Assembly (NCBI RefSeq): GCF_009914755.1
Contig: NC_060948.1
Origin: the human T2T-CHM13v2.0 reference genome, Homo sapiens
Direction: 5' to 3' (one strand)
Length of the DNA: 64,000 nt
Below the pieces are notes generated by a model. It did not search any database. It was given only the letters and a program-made list of their open reading frames with translations, and was not told the DNA's origin. Below are positions 11,439-27,700 of this stretch, in pieces; the stretch's first letter is position 1; every line of letters begins with the position of its first letter. The position numbers were made by a program, and so were the translations under genes.

Positions 11439-14400
11439 AGGCCTGGAATAAAGTGGAATGCTACGGTCTCGAATGGAATAAAAATGTATGGAATGGAATG
11501 CAATGAAACGGAATCGAATGTCATAGAATGTAATGGAATGCAAAAAAATGGAATCCAAAATCATTGAATGGAAAGGCTGGGTGTCGAAAGGAATTGACTC
11601 CAATGGAATGGAATCGAATGGAATGGAAGTGAATAGAATCGAACTAAATCGTATGGAATGGAATTGATAGGAACGGAATGGAAAGGAATGCAATGATTTG
11701 GCATGGAATGGAATCGAATGGCATCGAATGGAATGGAATGGAATGCAATGGAATGGAATGTATTAGAATGGAATGAACTTTAATGGAATGTACTCGAATG
11801 GATTCGACTGGAATGGAATGTTCTGGAAGTGAATGGACTCCAATGGAATGGATTCAAAAGGAATGGAATCGTACGGAATGGAATCTAATGGAATGGAATT
11901 AAATGGAAATGAATCAAATTGAATAGCACGGAATTGAATTGAATGGAATGGAATGCAATGGAATCTAATGAAACGGAAAGGAAAGGAATGGAATGGAATG
12001 GAATGGGCTGGAATGGAAAGGAATCGAAACGAATGGAATGGAATCGAACTGAAGAGACTGGAATGGAATGCACTGGAATGGAAGGGAGTGTAATGGAAGG
12101 TTCTCGAAAAAAATGGAATCGAATGGAATGCAATTGAATGGAACGGAATAGAGTCGAATGCAATTGAATGGAATGGAATGGACTAGAGTGAAATGGAATC
12201 GAACCACAAGGAATGGACAGGAATAGAATGGTCTCGAATTGAATGGAATCGTATGGAATGGCATCAAACGGAATGGAATGGACAGCCACGGAATGGAATG
12301 CACTCGAATGCAATGGAGTCGAATCTAATGGACTGGAATAGAATGGACTCGACTGGTACGGACTCCAGTGGAATGGAATCGAATGGAAGGGAATCGAACG
12401 GAAGGGAATCGAATGGAATGGACTCGAAGGGAAAAGACTGCAATGGAAAGGTCTCGAATGGAATGGAAATTAATGGAATGGAATGGAATCGAATGAAATG
12501 GAGGCAAAAGGAATGGAATCGAATGGCAAGAAATCGAATGTAATGGAATCGCAAGGAATTGATGTGAACGGAACGGAATGGAATGGAATCCAAAGGAATG
12601 GAATAGAATGGAATGGAATCGAATGGAAAGGACTCGAATGGAAATCACTCGAATGGAATGCAATTTAATAAAATAGGATCAAATGTAATGGAATGGAATG
12701 GAAAGGAATCGAAACGAAAGGAATGGAGACAGATGGAATGGAATGGAACAGAGAGCAATGGTATAGATCGGAATGGAATCATCTGGAATGGAATTGAATG
12801 GAATGGAATAATATGAAATGGAAAGGAATGAAATGGAATGCCCTTGAATTAAATGGACTACAATGGAATGGACTCGAACAGAGTGGAAAGGAAAGTGTTG
12901 AAATAGAATGGAATTGACTCGTTTGGAATGGTCTAGTATGCAATGCAATCGACTGGCAGGGAATCAAAAGGAATGTAATCGAGTGGATTGGACTGGAATG
13001 CAATGGACTCGAATAGATTGGAAACGGAATGCATAGGAATGGAATGGAATAGTATGGAATGGAATGGAAAGGAATGGAGTGGAATAGACTAGAGTGGAAT
13101 GGAATGGACTCGAAAGCAATGAACTGGAATCGAACTTTCTTGAATGGACTGGAACCAAACGGAATGGAATGCAATGCAATCAAATGGCATGGAATAAGAT
13201 AGAATGAAAGAGAATCAAATGGAATTGAATCGAATGGAATCGAATGGATTGGAAAGGAATAGAATGGAATGGAATGGAATTGACTCAAATGGAATGGACT
13301 AGAATGGAATGGATTCGAATGGAAGGCAAAGGAATGGAATCTATCGGAATGGACTGTAATGGAATGGAATGGAAGGGATTGGAATGGATTCGAATGGAAT
13401 GGACTGCAATAGAAAGGATTCGAATGGAATGAAAAAGAATTGAATGGAATAGAACAGAATGGAATCAAATCGAATGAAATGGAATGGAATAGAAAGGAAT
13501 GGAATGAAATGGAATGGAAAGGATTCGAATGGAATGCAATCGAATGGAATGGAATCGAACGGAATGGAATAAAATGGAAGAAAACTGGCAAGAAATGGAA
13601 TCGAAATGAATGGAGTGTTTTGGAACGGACTCAAAAGGAATTGAATGTAATAGAATGGAGTGGAGTGGACTCGAATATAATGGACTGGAATGGAATGAAA
13701 TCACATGGAATGGGAACGAATGGAATGGAATGGAAAGGAATGGAATCGCATGGAAAGCAATCGAATGGAAGGGAATGAAATGGAATCAACAGGAATGGAA
13801 GGGAATAGAATAGACGGTAATGGAATGGACTCGAATAGAATGGACACGAATGCTCAAATTGAATGGACTCGAATGGAATGGAAACGAAAGGAATGTCATC
13901 GAATGGAATTGAATCGATTGGAATGAAATCGCATAGAATGGAGTGGAATCAAATGGAATTGAATCGAAAGGAAAGGAAGCGAATGGACTGAAATGAAATG
14001 GAATGGAATTGAATGGAAAGTAATGCAATGGAATACAATGGAACGAAATTTCACGGAATGGAATCAAACTGAATGGAATCAAATCAATGGAATCTAATCA
14101 AATGGAATGGAAAGGAATTGAATGGAGTAGATTGGATTGGATGGGATTGGAATGAAATGTACTGGAAAGGACTCGAATTTCATGAAACGGAATGGAATGA
14201 ATTGGAACGGAATGGACTCGAATGGAATGGAATGTCATGGAATGGTATCAAATGGAATGCCATCAAATGGAATGGAATCGAATGCAATGGAATGTTATGG
14301 AATGGAATGGAATGCATTGGAATGGAATGTCCTCTAATGGAATGGATTCGAGTGGAATGGAATCGAATATAATGGAGTCGAATGAAATGGAATTGAAAGG

Positions 14401-17400
14401 AATGGGATCGAATAGAATGGAATATACTGGAATGTAATGTAATGAACTCGAATGTAATTGACTGGAATGGAATGTACATGAATGGAATGTAATCGAATGG
14501 AAAGTAATCCAATGGAATAGAATCTAATGCAATAAAACCGACTCAGATAGAGTAGAATGTAATGGAATGGAGTGCAGTGCAATGAAATGGAATGGAATTG
14601 AATGAAATGGAATGGAATGGAATGGAATGGAATGGAATGGAATGGGATGGAATGGTATGGAATGGATAGTAATGGACTGGAGTGAAATGGACTGGAAAGG
14701 AATGGACTCAAATTGAAAGGGCTCGAAAGGAATGGAGTCAAATGGAATGGTCTGGAATGGAATGAACACGAATGTAATGCAATCCAATAGAATGGAATCG
14801 AATGGCATGGAATATAAAGAAATGGAATCGAAGAGAATGGAAACAAATGGAATGGAATTGAATGGAATGGAATTGAATGGAATGGGAACGAATGGAGTGA
14901 AATTGTATGCAGTAGAAGGGAATAGAATGGAATGCAAGCGAAAGGAAAGGAATGGATTGGAATGGAATGGAATTCATTGGAATGGAAGGGAATGTAGTGT
15001 AATGGACAGGCCTGGAATAAAGTGGAATGCTACGGTCTCGAATGGAATAAAAATGTATGGAATGGAATGCAATGAAACGGAATCGAATGTCATAGAATGT
15101 AATGGAATGCAAAAAAATGGAATCCAAAATCATTGAATGGAAAGGCTGGGTGTCGAAAGGAATTGACTCCAATGGAATGGAATCGAATGGAATGGAAGTG
15201 AATAGAATCGAACTAAATCGTATGGAATGGAATTGATAGGAACGGAATGGAAAGGAATGCAATGATTTGGCATGGAATGGAATCGAATGGCATCGAATGG
15301 AATGGAATGGAATGCAATGGAATGGAATGTATTAGAATGGAATGAACTTTAATGGAATGTACTCGAATGGATTCGACTGGAATGGAATGTTCTGGAAGTG
15401 AATGGACTCCAATGGAATGGATTCAAAAGGAATGGAATCGTACGGAATGGAATCTAATGGAATGGAATTAAATGGAAATGAATCAAATTGAATAGCACGG
15501 AATTGAATTGAATGGAATGGAATGCAATGGAATCTAATGAAACGGAAAGGAAAGGAATGGAATGGAATGGAATGGGCTGGAATGGAAAGGAATCGAAACG
15601 AATGGAATGGAATCGAACTGAAGAGACTGGAATGGAATGCACTGGAATGGAAGGGAGTGTAATGGAAGGTTCTCGAAAAAAATGGAATCGAATGGAATGC
15701 AATTGAATGGAACGGAATAGAGTCGAATGCAATTGAATGGAATGGAATGGACTAGAGTGAAATGGAATCGAACCACAAGGAATGGACAGGAATAGAATGG
15801 TCTCGAATTGAATGGAATCGTATGGAATGGCATCAAACGGAATGGAATGGACAGCCACGGAATGGAATGCACTCGAATGCAATGGAGTCGAATCTAATGG
15901 ACTGGAATAGAATGGACTCGACTGGTACGGACTCCAGTGGAATGGAATCGAATGGAAGGGAATCGAACGGAAGGGAATCGAATGGAATGGACTCGAAGGG
16001 AAAAGACTGCAATGGAAAGGTCTCGAATGGAATGGAAATTAATGGAATGGAATGGAATCGAATGAAATGGAGGCAAAAGGAATGGAATCGAATGGCAAGA
16101 AATCGAATGTAATGGAATCGCAAGGAATTGATGTGAACGGAACGGAATGGAATGGAATCCAAAGGAATGGAATAGAATGGAATGGAATCGAATGGAAAGG
16201 ACTCGAATGGAAATCACTCGAATGGAATGCAATTTAATAAAATAGGATCAAATGTAATGGAATGGAATGGAAAGGAATCGAAACGAAAGGAATGGAGACA
16301 GATGGAATGGAATGGAACAGAGAGCAATGGTATAGATCGGAATGGAATCATCTGGAATGGAATTGAATGGAATGGAATAATATGAAATGGAAAGGAATGA
16401 AATGGAATGCCCTTGAATTAAATGGACTACAATGGAATGGACTCGAACAGAGTGGAAAGGAAAGTGTTGAAATAGAATGGAATTGACTCGTTTGGAATGG
16501 TCTAGTATGCAATGCAATCGACTGGCAGGGAATCAAAAGGAATGTAATCGAGTGGATTGGACTGGAATGCAATGGACTCGAATAGATTGGAAACGGAATG
16601 CATAGGAATGGAATGGAATAGTATGGAATGGAATGGAAAGGAATGGAGTGGAATAGACTAGAGTGGAATGGAATGGACTCGAAAGCAATGAACTGGAATC
16701 GAACTTTCTTGAATGGACTGGAACCAAACGGAATGGAATGCAATGCAATCAAATGGCATGGAATAAGATAGAATGAAAGAGAATCAAATGGAATTGAATC
16801 GAATGGAATCGAATGGATTGGAAAGGAATAGAATGGAATGGAATGGAATTGACTCAAATGGAATGGACTAGAATGGAATGGATTCGAATGGAAGGCAAAG
16901 GAATGGAATCTATCGGAATGGACTGTAATGGAATGGAATGGAAGGGATTGGAATGGATTCGAATGGAATGGACTGCAATAGAAAGGATTCGAATGGAATG
17001 AAAAAGAATTGAATGGAATAGAACAGAATGGAATCAAATCGAATGAAATGGAATGGAATAGAAAGGAATGGAATGAAATGGAATGGAAAGGATTCGAATG
17101 GAATGCAATCGAATGGAATGGAATCGAACGGAATGGAATAAAATGGAAGAAAACTGGCAAGAAATGGAATCGAAATGAATGGAGTGTTTTGGAACGGACT
17201 CAAAAGGAATTGAATGTAATAGAATGGAGTGGAGTGGACTCGAATATAATGGACTGGAATGGAATGAAATCACATGGAATGGGAACGAATGGAATGGAAT
17301 GGAAAGGAATGGAATCGCATGGAAAGCAATCGAATGGAAGGGAATGAAATGGAATCAACAGGAATGGAAGGGAATAGAATAGACGGTAATGGAATGGACT

Positions 17401-18705
17401 CGAATAGAATGGACACGAATGCTCAAATTGAATGGACTCGAATGGAATGGAAACGAAAGGAATGTCATCGAATGGAATTGAATCGATTGGAATGAAATCG
17501 CATAGAATGGAGTGGAATCAAATGGAATTGAATCGAAAGGAAAGGAAGCGAATGGACTGAAATGAAATGGAATGGAATTGAATGGAAAGTAATGCAATGG
17601 AATACAATGGAACGAAATTTCACGGAATGGAATCAAACTGAATGGAATCAAATCAATGGAATCTAATCAAATGGAATGGAAAGGAATTGAATGGAGTAGA
17701 TTGGATTGGATGGGATTGGAATGAAATGTACTGGAAAGGACTCGAATTTCATGAAACGGAATGGAATGAATTGGAACGGAATGGACTCGAATGGAATGGA
17801 ATGTCATGGAATGGTATCAAATGGAATGCCATCAAATGGAATGGAATCGAATGCAATGGAATGTTATGGAATGGAATGGAATGCATTGGAATGGAATGTC
17901 CTCTAATGGAATGGATTCGAGTGGAATGGAATCGAATATAATGGAGTCGAATGAAATGGAATTGAAAGGAATGGGATCGAATAGAATGGAATATACTGGA
18001 ATGTAATGTAATGAACTCGAATGTAATTGACTGGAATGGAATGTACATGAATGGAATGTAATCGAATGGAAAGTAATCCAATGGAATAGAATCTAATGCA
18101 ATAAAACCGACTCAGATAGAGTAGAATGTAATGGAATGGAGTGCAGTGCAATGAAATGGAATGGAATTGAATGAAATGGAATGGAATGGAATGGAATGGA
18201 ATGGAATGGAATGGGATGGAATGGTATGGAATGGATAGTAATGGACTGGAGTGAAATGGACTGGAAAGGAATGGACTCAAATTGAAAGGGCTCGAAAGGA
18301 ATGGAGTCAAATGGAATGGTCTGGAATGGAATGAACACGAATGTAATGCAATCCAATAGAATGGAATCGAATGGCATGGAATATAAAGAAATGGAATCGA
18401 AGAGAATGGAAACAAATGGAATGGAATTGAATGGAATGGAATTGAATGGAATGGGAACGAATGGAGTGAAATTGTATGCAGTAGAAGGGAATAGAATGGA
18501 ATGCAAGCGAAAGGAAAGGAATGGATTGGAATGGAATGGAATTCATTGGAATGGAAGGGAATGTAGTGTAATGGACAGGCCTGGAATAAAGTGGAATGCT
18601 ACGGTCTCGAATGGAATAAAAATGTATGGAATGGAATGCAATGAAACGGAATCGAATGTCATAGAATGTAATGGAATGCAAAAAAATGGAATCCAAAATC
18701 ATTGA
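11351..18705 (+). repeat. Near-identical tandem pair of a diverged DYZ1 variant unit ('type B'), period 3569 bp
   Basis: Identical ORF tracks at +3569. Private alleles gactccagtg, tagatcgg, gcatagg, gaactggaatcgaact and aatcgcatgg occur in both copies only. Confidence 0.92.
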
Positions 18706-21700
18706 CTGGAAAGGCTGGGTGTCGAAAGGAATTGACTCCAATGGAATGGAATCGAATGGAATGGAAGTGAATAGAATCGAACTAAATCGAATGGAATGGA
18801 ATTGATAGGAACGGAATGGAAAGGAATGCAATGATTTGGCATGGAATGGAATCGAATGGCATCGAATGGAATGGAATGGAATGCAATGGAATGGAATGTA
18901 TTAGAATGTAATGAACTTTAATGGAATGTACTCGAATGGATTCGAATGGAATGGAATGTTCTGGAAGTGAATGGACTCCAATGGAATGGATTCAAAAGGA
19001 ATGGAATCGTACGGAATGGAATCTAATGGAATGGAATTAAATGGAAATGAATCAAATTGAATAGCACGGAATTGAATTGAATGGAATGGAATGCAATGGA
19101 ATCTAATGAAACGGAAAGGAAAGGAATGGAATGGAATGGAATGGACTGGAATGGAAAGGAATCGAAACGAATGGAATGGAATCGAACTGAAGAGACTGGA
19201 ATGGAATGCACTGGAATGGAAGGGAGTGTAATGGAAGGTTCTCGAAAAAAATGGAATCGAATGGAATGGAATTGAATGGAACGGAATAGAGTCGAATGGA
19301 ATTGAATGGAATGGAATGGACTAGAGTGAAATGGAATCGAACCACAAGGAATGGACAGGAATAGAATGGTCTCGAATTGAATGGAATCGTATGGAATGGC
19401 ATCAAACGGAATGGAATGGACAGCCACGGAATGGAATGCACTCGAATGCAATGGAGTCGAAACTAATGGACTGGAATAGAATGGACTCGACTGGTACGGA
19501 CTCCAATGGAATGGAATCGAATGGAAGGGAATCGAACGGAATGGACTCGAAGGGAAAAGACTGCAATGGAAAGGTCTCGAATGGAATGGAAATTAATGGA
19601 ATGGAATGGAATCGAATGAAATGGAGTCAAAAGGAATGGAATCGAATGGCAAGAAATCGAATGTAATGGAATCGCAAGGAATTGATGTGAACGGAACGGA
19701 ATGGAATGGAATCCAAAGGAATGGAATAGAATGGAATGGAATCGAATGGAAAGGACTCGAATGGAAATCACTCGAATAGAATGCAATTTAATAAAATAGG
19801 ATCAAATGTAATGGAATGGAATGGAAAGGAATCGAAACGAAAGGAATGGAGACAGATGGAATGGAATGGAACAGAGAGCAATGGTATAGAATGGAATGGA
19901 ATCATCTGGAATGGAATTGAATGGAATGGAATAATATGAAATGGAATGGAATGGAATGGAATGGAATGCCCTTGAATTAAATGGACTGGAATGGAATGGA
20001 CTCGAACAGAGTGGAATGGAAAGTGTTGACATAGAATGGAATGGACTCCTTTGGAATGGTGTACTATGCAATGCAATCGACTGGCAGGGAATCAAAAGGA
20101 ATGTAATCGAATGGATTGGACTGGAATGCAATGGACTCGAATAGATTGCAAACGGAATGCAAAGGAATGGAATGGAATAGTATGGAATGGAATGGAAAGG
20201 AATGGAGTGGAATAGACTAGAGTGGAATGGAATGGACTGGAAAGCAATGGACTGGAATGGAACTTTCTTGAATGGACTGGAATCAAACGGAATGGAATGC
20301 AATGCAATCAAAAGGCATGGAATAAAATAGAATGAAAGAGAATCAAATGGAATTGAATCGAATGGAATCGAATGGATTGGAAAGGAATAGAATGGAATGG
20401 AATGGAATGGACTAGAATGGAATGGATTCGAATGGAAGGCAAAGGAATGGAATCTATTGGAATGGACTGTAATGGAATGGAATGGAAGGGATTGGAATGG
20501 ACTCGAATGGAATTGACTGCAATAGAAAGGATTCGAATGGAATGAAAAAGAATTGAATGGAATAGAACAGAATGGAATCAAATCGAATGAAATGGAATGG
20601 AATAGAAAGGAATGGAATGAAATGGAATGGAAAGGATTCGAATGGAATGCAATCGAATGGAATGGAATCGAACGGAATGGAATAAAATGGAAGAAAACTG
20701 GCAAGGAAGGGAATCGATATGAATGGAGTGTTATGGAACGGACTCAAAAGGAATTGAATGTAATAGAATGGAGTGGAGTGGACTCGAATATAATGGACTG
20801 GAATGGAATGAAATCACATGGAATGGGAACGAATGGAATGGAATGGAAAGGAATGGAATCGAATGGAAAGGAATCGAATGGAAGGGAATGAAATTGAATC
20901 AACAGGAATGGAAGGGAATAGAATAGACGGTAATGGAATGGACTCGAATAGAATGGACACGAATGCTCAAATTGAATGGACTCGAATGGAATGGAAACGA
21001 AAGGAATGTCATCGAATGGAATTGAATCGATTGGAATGAAATCGCATAGAATGGAGTGGAATCAAATGGAATTGAATCGAAAGGAAAGGAAGCGAATGGA
21101 CTGAAATGAAATGGAATGGAATTGAATGGAAAGTAATGCAATGGAATAGAATGGAACGAAATTTCACGGAATGGAATCAAACTGAATGGAATCAAATCAA
21201 TGGAATCCAATCAAATGGAATGGAGTAGATTGGATTGGATGGGATTGGAATGAAATGTACTGGAAAGGACTCGAATTTCATGAAACGGAATGGAATGAAT
21301 TGGAACGGAATGGACTCGAATGGAATGGAATGTCATAGAATGGCATCAAATGGAATGGCATCAAATGGAATGGAATCGAATGCAATGGAATGCTATGGAA
21401 TGGAATGGAATGCATTGGAATGGAATGTCCTCTAATGGAATGGATTCGAGTGGAATGGAATCGAATATAATGGAGTCGAATGAAATGGAATTGAAAGGAA
21501 TGGGATCGAATACAATGGAATATACTGGAATGTAATGTAATGAACTGGAATGTAATTGACTGGAATGGAATGTACATGAATGGAATGTAATCGAATGGAA
21601 AGTAATCCAATGGAATAGAATCTAATGCAATAAAATCGACTCAGATAGAGTAGAATGTAATGGAATGGAGTGCAGTGCAATGGAATGGAATGGAATGGAA

Positions 21701-24700
21701 TGCAATGGAATGGAATGGAATGGAATGGAATGGAATGGAATGGAATGGGATGGAATGGTATGGAATGGATAGTAATGGACTGGAGTGAAATGGACTGGAA
21801 AGGAATGGACTCAAATTGAAAGGGCTCGAAAGGAATGGAGTCAAATGGAATGGTCTGGAATGGAATGAACACGAATGTAATGCAATCCAATAGAATGGAA
21901 TCGAATGGCATGGAATATAAAGAAATGGAATCGAAGAGAATGGAAACAAATGGAATGGAATTGAATGGAATGGAATTGAATGGAATGGGAACGAATGGAG
22001 TGAAATTGTATGCAGTAGAAGGGAATAGAATGGAATGCAAGCGAAAGGAAAGGAATGGATTGGAATGGAATGGAATTCATTGGAATGGAAGGGAATGTAG
22101 TGTAATGGACAGGCCTGGAATAAAGTGGAATGCTACGGTCTCGAATGGAATAAAAATGTATGGAATGGAATGCAATGAAACGGAATCGAATGTCATAGAA
22201 TGTAATGGAATGCAAAAAAATGGAATCCAAAATCATTGACTGGAAAGGCTGGGTGTCGAAAGGAATTGACTGCAATGGAATGGAATCGAATGGAATGGAA
22301 GTGAATAGAATCGAACTAAATCGAATGGAATGGAATTGATAGGAACGGAATGGAAAGGAATGCAATGATTTGGCATGGAATGGAATCGAATGGCATCGAA
22401 TGGAATGGAATGGAATGCAATGGAATGGAATGTATTAGAATGTAATGAACATTAGTGGAATGTACTCGAAAGGATTCGACTGGAATGGAATGTTCTGGAA
22501 GTGAATGGACTCCAATAGAATGGATTCGAAAGGAATGGAATCGAACGGAATGGATTCTAATGGAATGGAATTAAATGGAAATGAATCAAATTGAATAGCA
22601 CGGAATTGAATTGAATGGAATCGAATGCAATGGAATCTAATGAAACGGAAAGGAAAGAATGGAATGGAATAGAATGGGCTGGAATGGAAAGGAATCGAAA
22701 CGAATGGAATGGAAGCGAACTGAAGAGACTGGAATGGAATGCACTGGAATGGAAGGGAGTGTAATGGAAGGTTCTCGAAAAAAATGGAATCGAATGGAAT
22801 GGAATTGAATGGAACAGAATAGAGTCGAATGGAATTGAATGGAATGGAATGGACTAGAGTGAAATGGAATCGAACCACAAGGAATGGACTGGAATAGAAT
22901 GGTCTCGAATTGAATGGAATCGTACGGAATGGCATCAAACGGAATGGAATGGACAGCCACGGAATGGAATGCACTCGAATGCAATGGAGTCGAAACTAAT
23001 GGACTGGAATAGAATGGACTCGACTGGTACGGACTCCAATGGAATGGAATCGAATGGAAGGGAATCGAACGGAATGGACTCGAAGGGAAAAGACTGTAAT
23101 GGAAAGGTCTCGAATGGAATGGAAATTAATGGGATGGAATGGAATCGAATGAAATGGAGTCAAAAGGAATGGAATCGAATGGCAAGAAATCGAATGTAAT
23201 GGAATCGCAAGGAATTGATGTGAACGGAACGGAATGGAATGGAATCCAAAGGAATGGAATAGAATGGAATGGAATCGAATGGAAAGGACTCGAATGGAAA
23301 TCACTCGAATAGAATGCAATTTAATAAAATAGGATCAAATGTAATAGAATGGAATGGAAAGGAATCGAAACGGAAGGAATGGAGACAGATGGAATGGAAT
23401 GGAACAGAGAGCAATGGTATAGAATGGAATGGAATCATCTGGAATGGAATTGAATGGAATGGAATAATATGAAATGGAATGGAATGGAATGGAATGGAAT
23501 GCCCTTGAATTAAATGGACTGGACTCGAACAGAGTGGAATGGAAAGTGTTGAGATAGAATGGAATGGACTCCTTTGGAATGGTGTAGTATGCAATGCAAT
23601 CGACTGGCAGGGAATCAAAAGGAATGTAATCGAATGGATTGGACTGGAATGCAATGGACTCGAATAGATTGGAAACGGAATGCAAAGGAATGGAATGGAA
23701 TAGTATGGAATGCAATGGAAGGGAATGGAGTGGAATAGACTAGAGTGGAATGGAATGGACTGGAAAGCAATGGACTGGAATGGAACTTTCTTGGATGGAT
23801 TGGAATCAAACGGAATGGAATGCAATGCAATCAAATGGCATGGAATAAAATAGAATGAAAGAGAATCAAATGGAATTGAATCGAATGGAATCGAATGGAT
23901 TGGAAAGGAATAGAATGGAATGGAATGGAATTGACTCAAATGGAATGGACTAGAATGGAATGGATTCGAATGGAAGGCAAAGGAATGGAATCTATTGGAA
24001 TGGACTGTAATGGAATGGAATGGAAGGGATTGGAATGGACTCGAATGGAATGGACTGCAATAGAAAGGATTCGAATGGAATGAAAAAGAATTGAATGGAA
24101 TAGAACAGAATGGAATCAAATCGAATGAAATGGAATGGAATAGAAAGGAATGGAATGAAATGGAATGGAAAGGATTCGAATGGAATGCAATCGAATGGAA
24201 TGGAATCGAACGGAATGGAATAAAATGGAAGAAAACTGGCAAGAAATGGAATCGAAATGAATGGAGTGTTATGGAACGGACTCAAAAGGAATTGAATGTA
24301 ATAGAATGGAGTGGAGTGGACTCGAATATAATGGACTGGAATGGAATGAAATCACATGGAATGGGAACGAATGGAATGGAATGGAAAGGAATGGAATCGA
24401 ATGGAAAGGAATCGAATGGAAGGGAATGAAATTGAATCAACACGAATGGAAGGGAATAGAATAGACTGTAATGGAATGGACTCGAATAGAATGGACACGA
24501 ATGCTCAAATTAAATGGACTCGAATGGAATGGAAACGAAAGGAATGTCATCGAATGGAATTGAATCGATTGGAATGAAATCGCATAGAATGGAGTGGAAT
24601 CAAATGGAATTGAATCGAAAGGAAAGAAGCGAATGGACTGAAATGAAATGGAATGGAATTGAATGGAAAGTAATGCAATGGAATAGAATGGAACGAAATT

Positions 24701-27700
24701 TCACGGAATGGAATCAAACTGAATGGAATCAAATCAATGGAATCAAATCAAATGGAATGGAAAGGAATTGAATGGAGTAGATGGGATTGGATGGGATTGG
24801 AATGAAATGTACTGGAAAGGACTCGAATTTCATGAAACGGAATGGAATGAATTGGAACGGAATGGACTCGAATGGAATGGAATGTCATGGGATGGCATCA
24901 AATGGAATGGCATCAAATGGAATGGAATCGAATGCAATGGAATGCTATGGAATGGAATGGAATGCATTGGAATGGAATGTCCTCTAATGGAATGGATTCG
25001 AGTGGAATGGAATTGAATATAATGGAGTCGAATGAAATGGAATTGAAAGGAATGGGATCGAATACAATGGAATATACTGGAATGTAACGTAATGAACTCG
25101 AATGTAATTGACTGGAATGGAATGTACATGAATGGAATGTAATCGAATGGAAAGTAATCCAATGGAATAGAATCTAATGCAATAAAATCGACTCAGATAG
25201 AGTAGAATGTAATGGAATGGAGTGCAGTGCAATGGAATGGAATGGAATGGAATGCAATGGAATGGAATGGAATGGAAGGCAATGGAATGGAATGGAATGG
25301 AATGGAATGGGATGGAATGGTATGGAATGGATAGTAATGGACTGGAGTGAAATGGACTGGAAAGGAATGGACTCAAATTGAAAGGGCTCGAAAGGAATGG
25401 AGTCAAATGGAATGGTCTGGAATGGAATGAACACGAATGTAATGCAACCCAATAGAATGGAATCGAATGGCATGGAATATAAAGAAATGGAATCGAAGAG
25501 AATGGAAACAAATGGAATGGAATTGAATGGAATGGAATTGAATGGAATGGGAACGAATGGAGTGAAATTGTATGCAGTAGAAGAGAATAGAATGGAATGC
25601 AAGCGAAAGGAAAGGAATGGATTGGAATGGAATGGAATTCATTGGAATGGAAGGGAATGTAGTGTAATGGACAGGCCTGGAATAAAGTGGAATGCTACAG
25701 TCTCGAATGGAATAAAAATGTATGGAATGGAATGCAATGAAACGGAATCGAATGTCATAGAATGTAATGGAATGCAAAAAAATGGAATCCAAAATCATTG
25801 ACTGGAAAGGCTGGGTGTCGAAAGGAATTGACTCCAATGGAATGGAATCGAATGGAATGGAAGTGAATAGAATCGAACTAAATCGAATGGAATGGAATTG
25901 ATAGGAACGGAATGGAAAGGAATGCAATGATTTGGCATGGAATGGAATCGAATGGCATCGAATGGAATGGAATGCAATGCAATGGAATGGAATGTATTAG
26001 AATGTAATGAACTTTAATGGAATGTACTCGAATGGATTCGACTGGAATGGAATGTTCTGGAAGTGAATGGACTCCAATGGAATGGATTCAAAAGGAATGG
26101 AATCGTACGGAATGGAATCTAATGGAATGGAATTAAATGGAAATGAATCAAATTGAATAGCACGGAATTGAATTGAATGGAATGGAATGCAATGGAATCT
26201 AATGAAACGGAAAGGAAAGGAATGGAATGGAATGGAATGGACTGGAATGGAAAGGAATCGAAACGAATGGAATGGAATCGAACTGAAGAGACTGGAATGG
26301 AATGCACTGGAATGGAAGGGAGTGTAATGGAAGGTTCTCGAAAAAAATGGAATCGAATGGAATGGAATTGAATGGAACGGAATAGAGTCGAATGGAATTG
26401 AATGGAATGGAATGGACTAGAGTGAAATGGAATCGAACCACAAGGAATGGACAGGAATAGAATGGTCTCGAATTGAATGGAATCGTATGGAATGGCATCA
26501 AACGGAATGGAATGGACAGCCACGGAATGGAATGCACTCGAATGCAATGGAGTCGAAACTAATGGACTGGAATAGAATGGACTCGACTGGTACGGACTCC
26601 AATGGAATGGAATCGAATGGAAGGGAATCGAACGGAAGGGAATCGAACGGAATGGACTCGAAGGGAAAAGACTGCAATGGAAAGGTCTCGAATGGAATGG
26701 AAATTAATGGAATGGAATGGAATCGAATGAAATGGAGTCAAAAGGAATGGAATCGAATGGCAAGAAATTGAATATAATGGAATCGCCAGGAATTGATGTG
26801 AACGGAGCGGAATGGAATGGAATCCAAAGGAATGGAATAGAATGGAATGGAATCGAATGGAAAGGACTCGAATGGAAATCACTCGAATAGAATGCAATTT
26901 AATAAAATAGGATCAAATGTAATGGAATGGAATGGAAAGGAATCGAAACGAAAGGAATGGAGACAGATGGAATGGAATGGAACAGAGAGCAATGGTATAG
27001 AACGGAATGGAATCATCTGGAATGGAATTGAATGGAATGGAATGGAATGCCCTTGAATTAAATGGACTGGAATGGAATGGACTCAAACAGAGTGGAATGG
27101 AAAGTGTTGAGATAGAATGGAATGAACTCCTTTGGAATGGTCTAGTAGGCAATGCAATCGACTGGCAGGGAATCAAAAGGAATGTAATCGAATGGATTGG
27201 ACTGGAATGCAATGGACTCGAATAGATTGGAAACGGAATGCAAAGGAATGGAATGGAATAGTATGGAATGGAATGGAAAGGAATGGAGTGGAATAGACTA
27301 GAGTGGAATGGAATGGACTGGAAAGCAATGGACTGGAATGGAACTTTCTTGAATGGACTGGAATCAAACGGAATGGAATGCAATGCAATCAAATGGCATG
27401 GAATAAAATAGAATGAAAGAGAATCAAATGGAATTGAATCGAATGGAATCGAATGGATTGGAAAGGAATAGAACGGAATGGAATGGAATTGACTCAAATG
27501 GAATGGACTAGAATGGAATGGATTCGAACGGAAGGCAAAGGAATGGAATCTATTGGAATGGACTGTAATGGAATGGAATGGAAGGGATTGGAATGGACTC
27601 GAATGGAATGGACTGCAATAGAAAGGATTCGAATGGAATGAAAAAGAATTGAATGGAATAGAACAGAATGGAATCAAATCGAATGAAATGGAATGGAATA

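Noticed and set aside
14090-14100. DUX4-like GAATCTAATCA in type B units
   Set aside because: It mismatches the TAAYYYAATCA consensus at the first base, arises from one SNV and is absent from one of the four B units.
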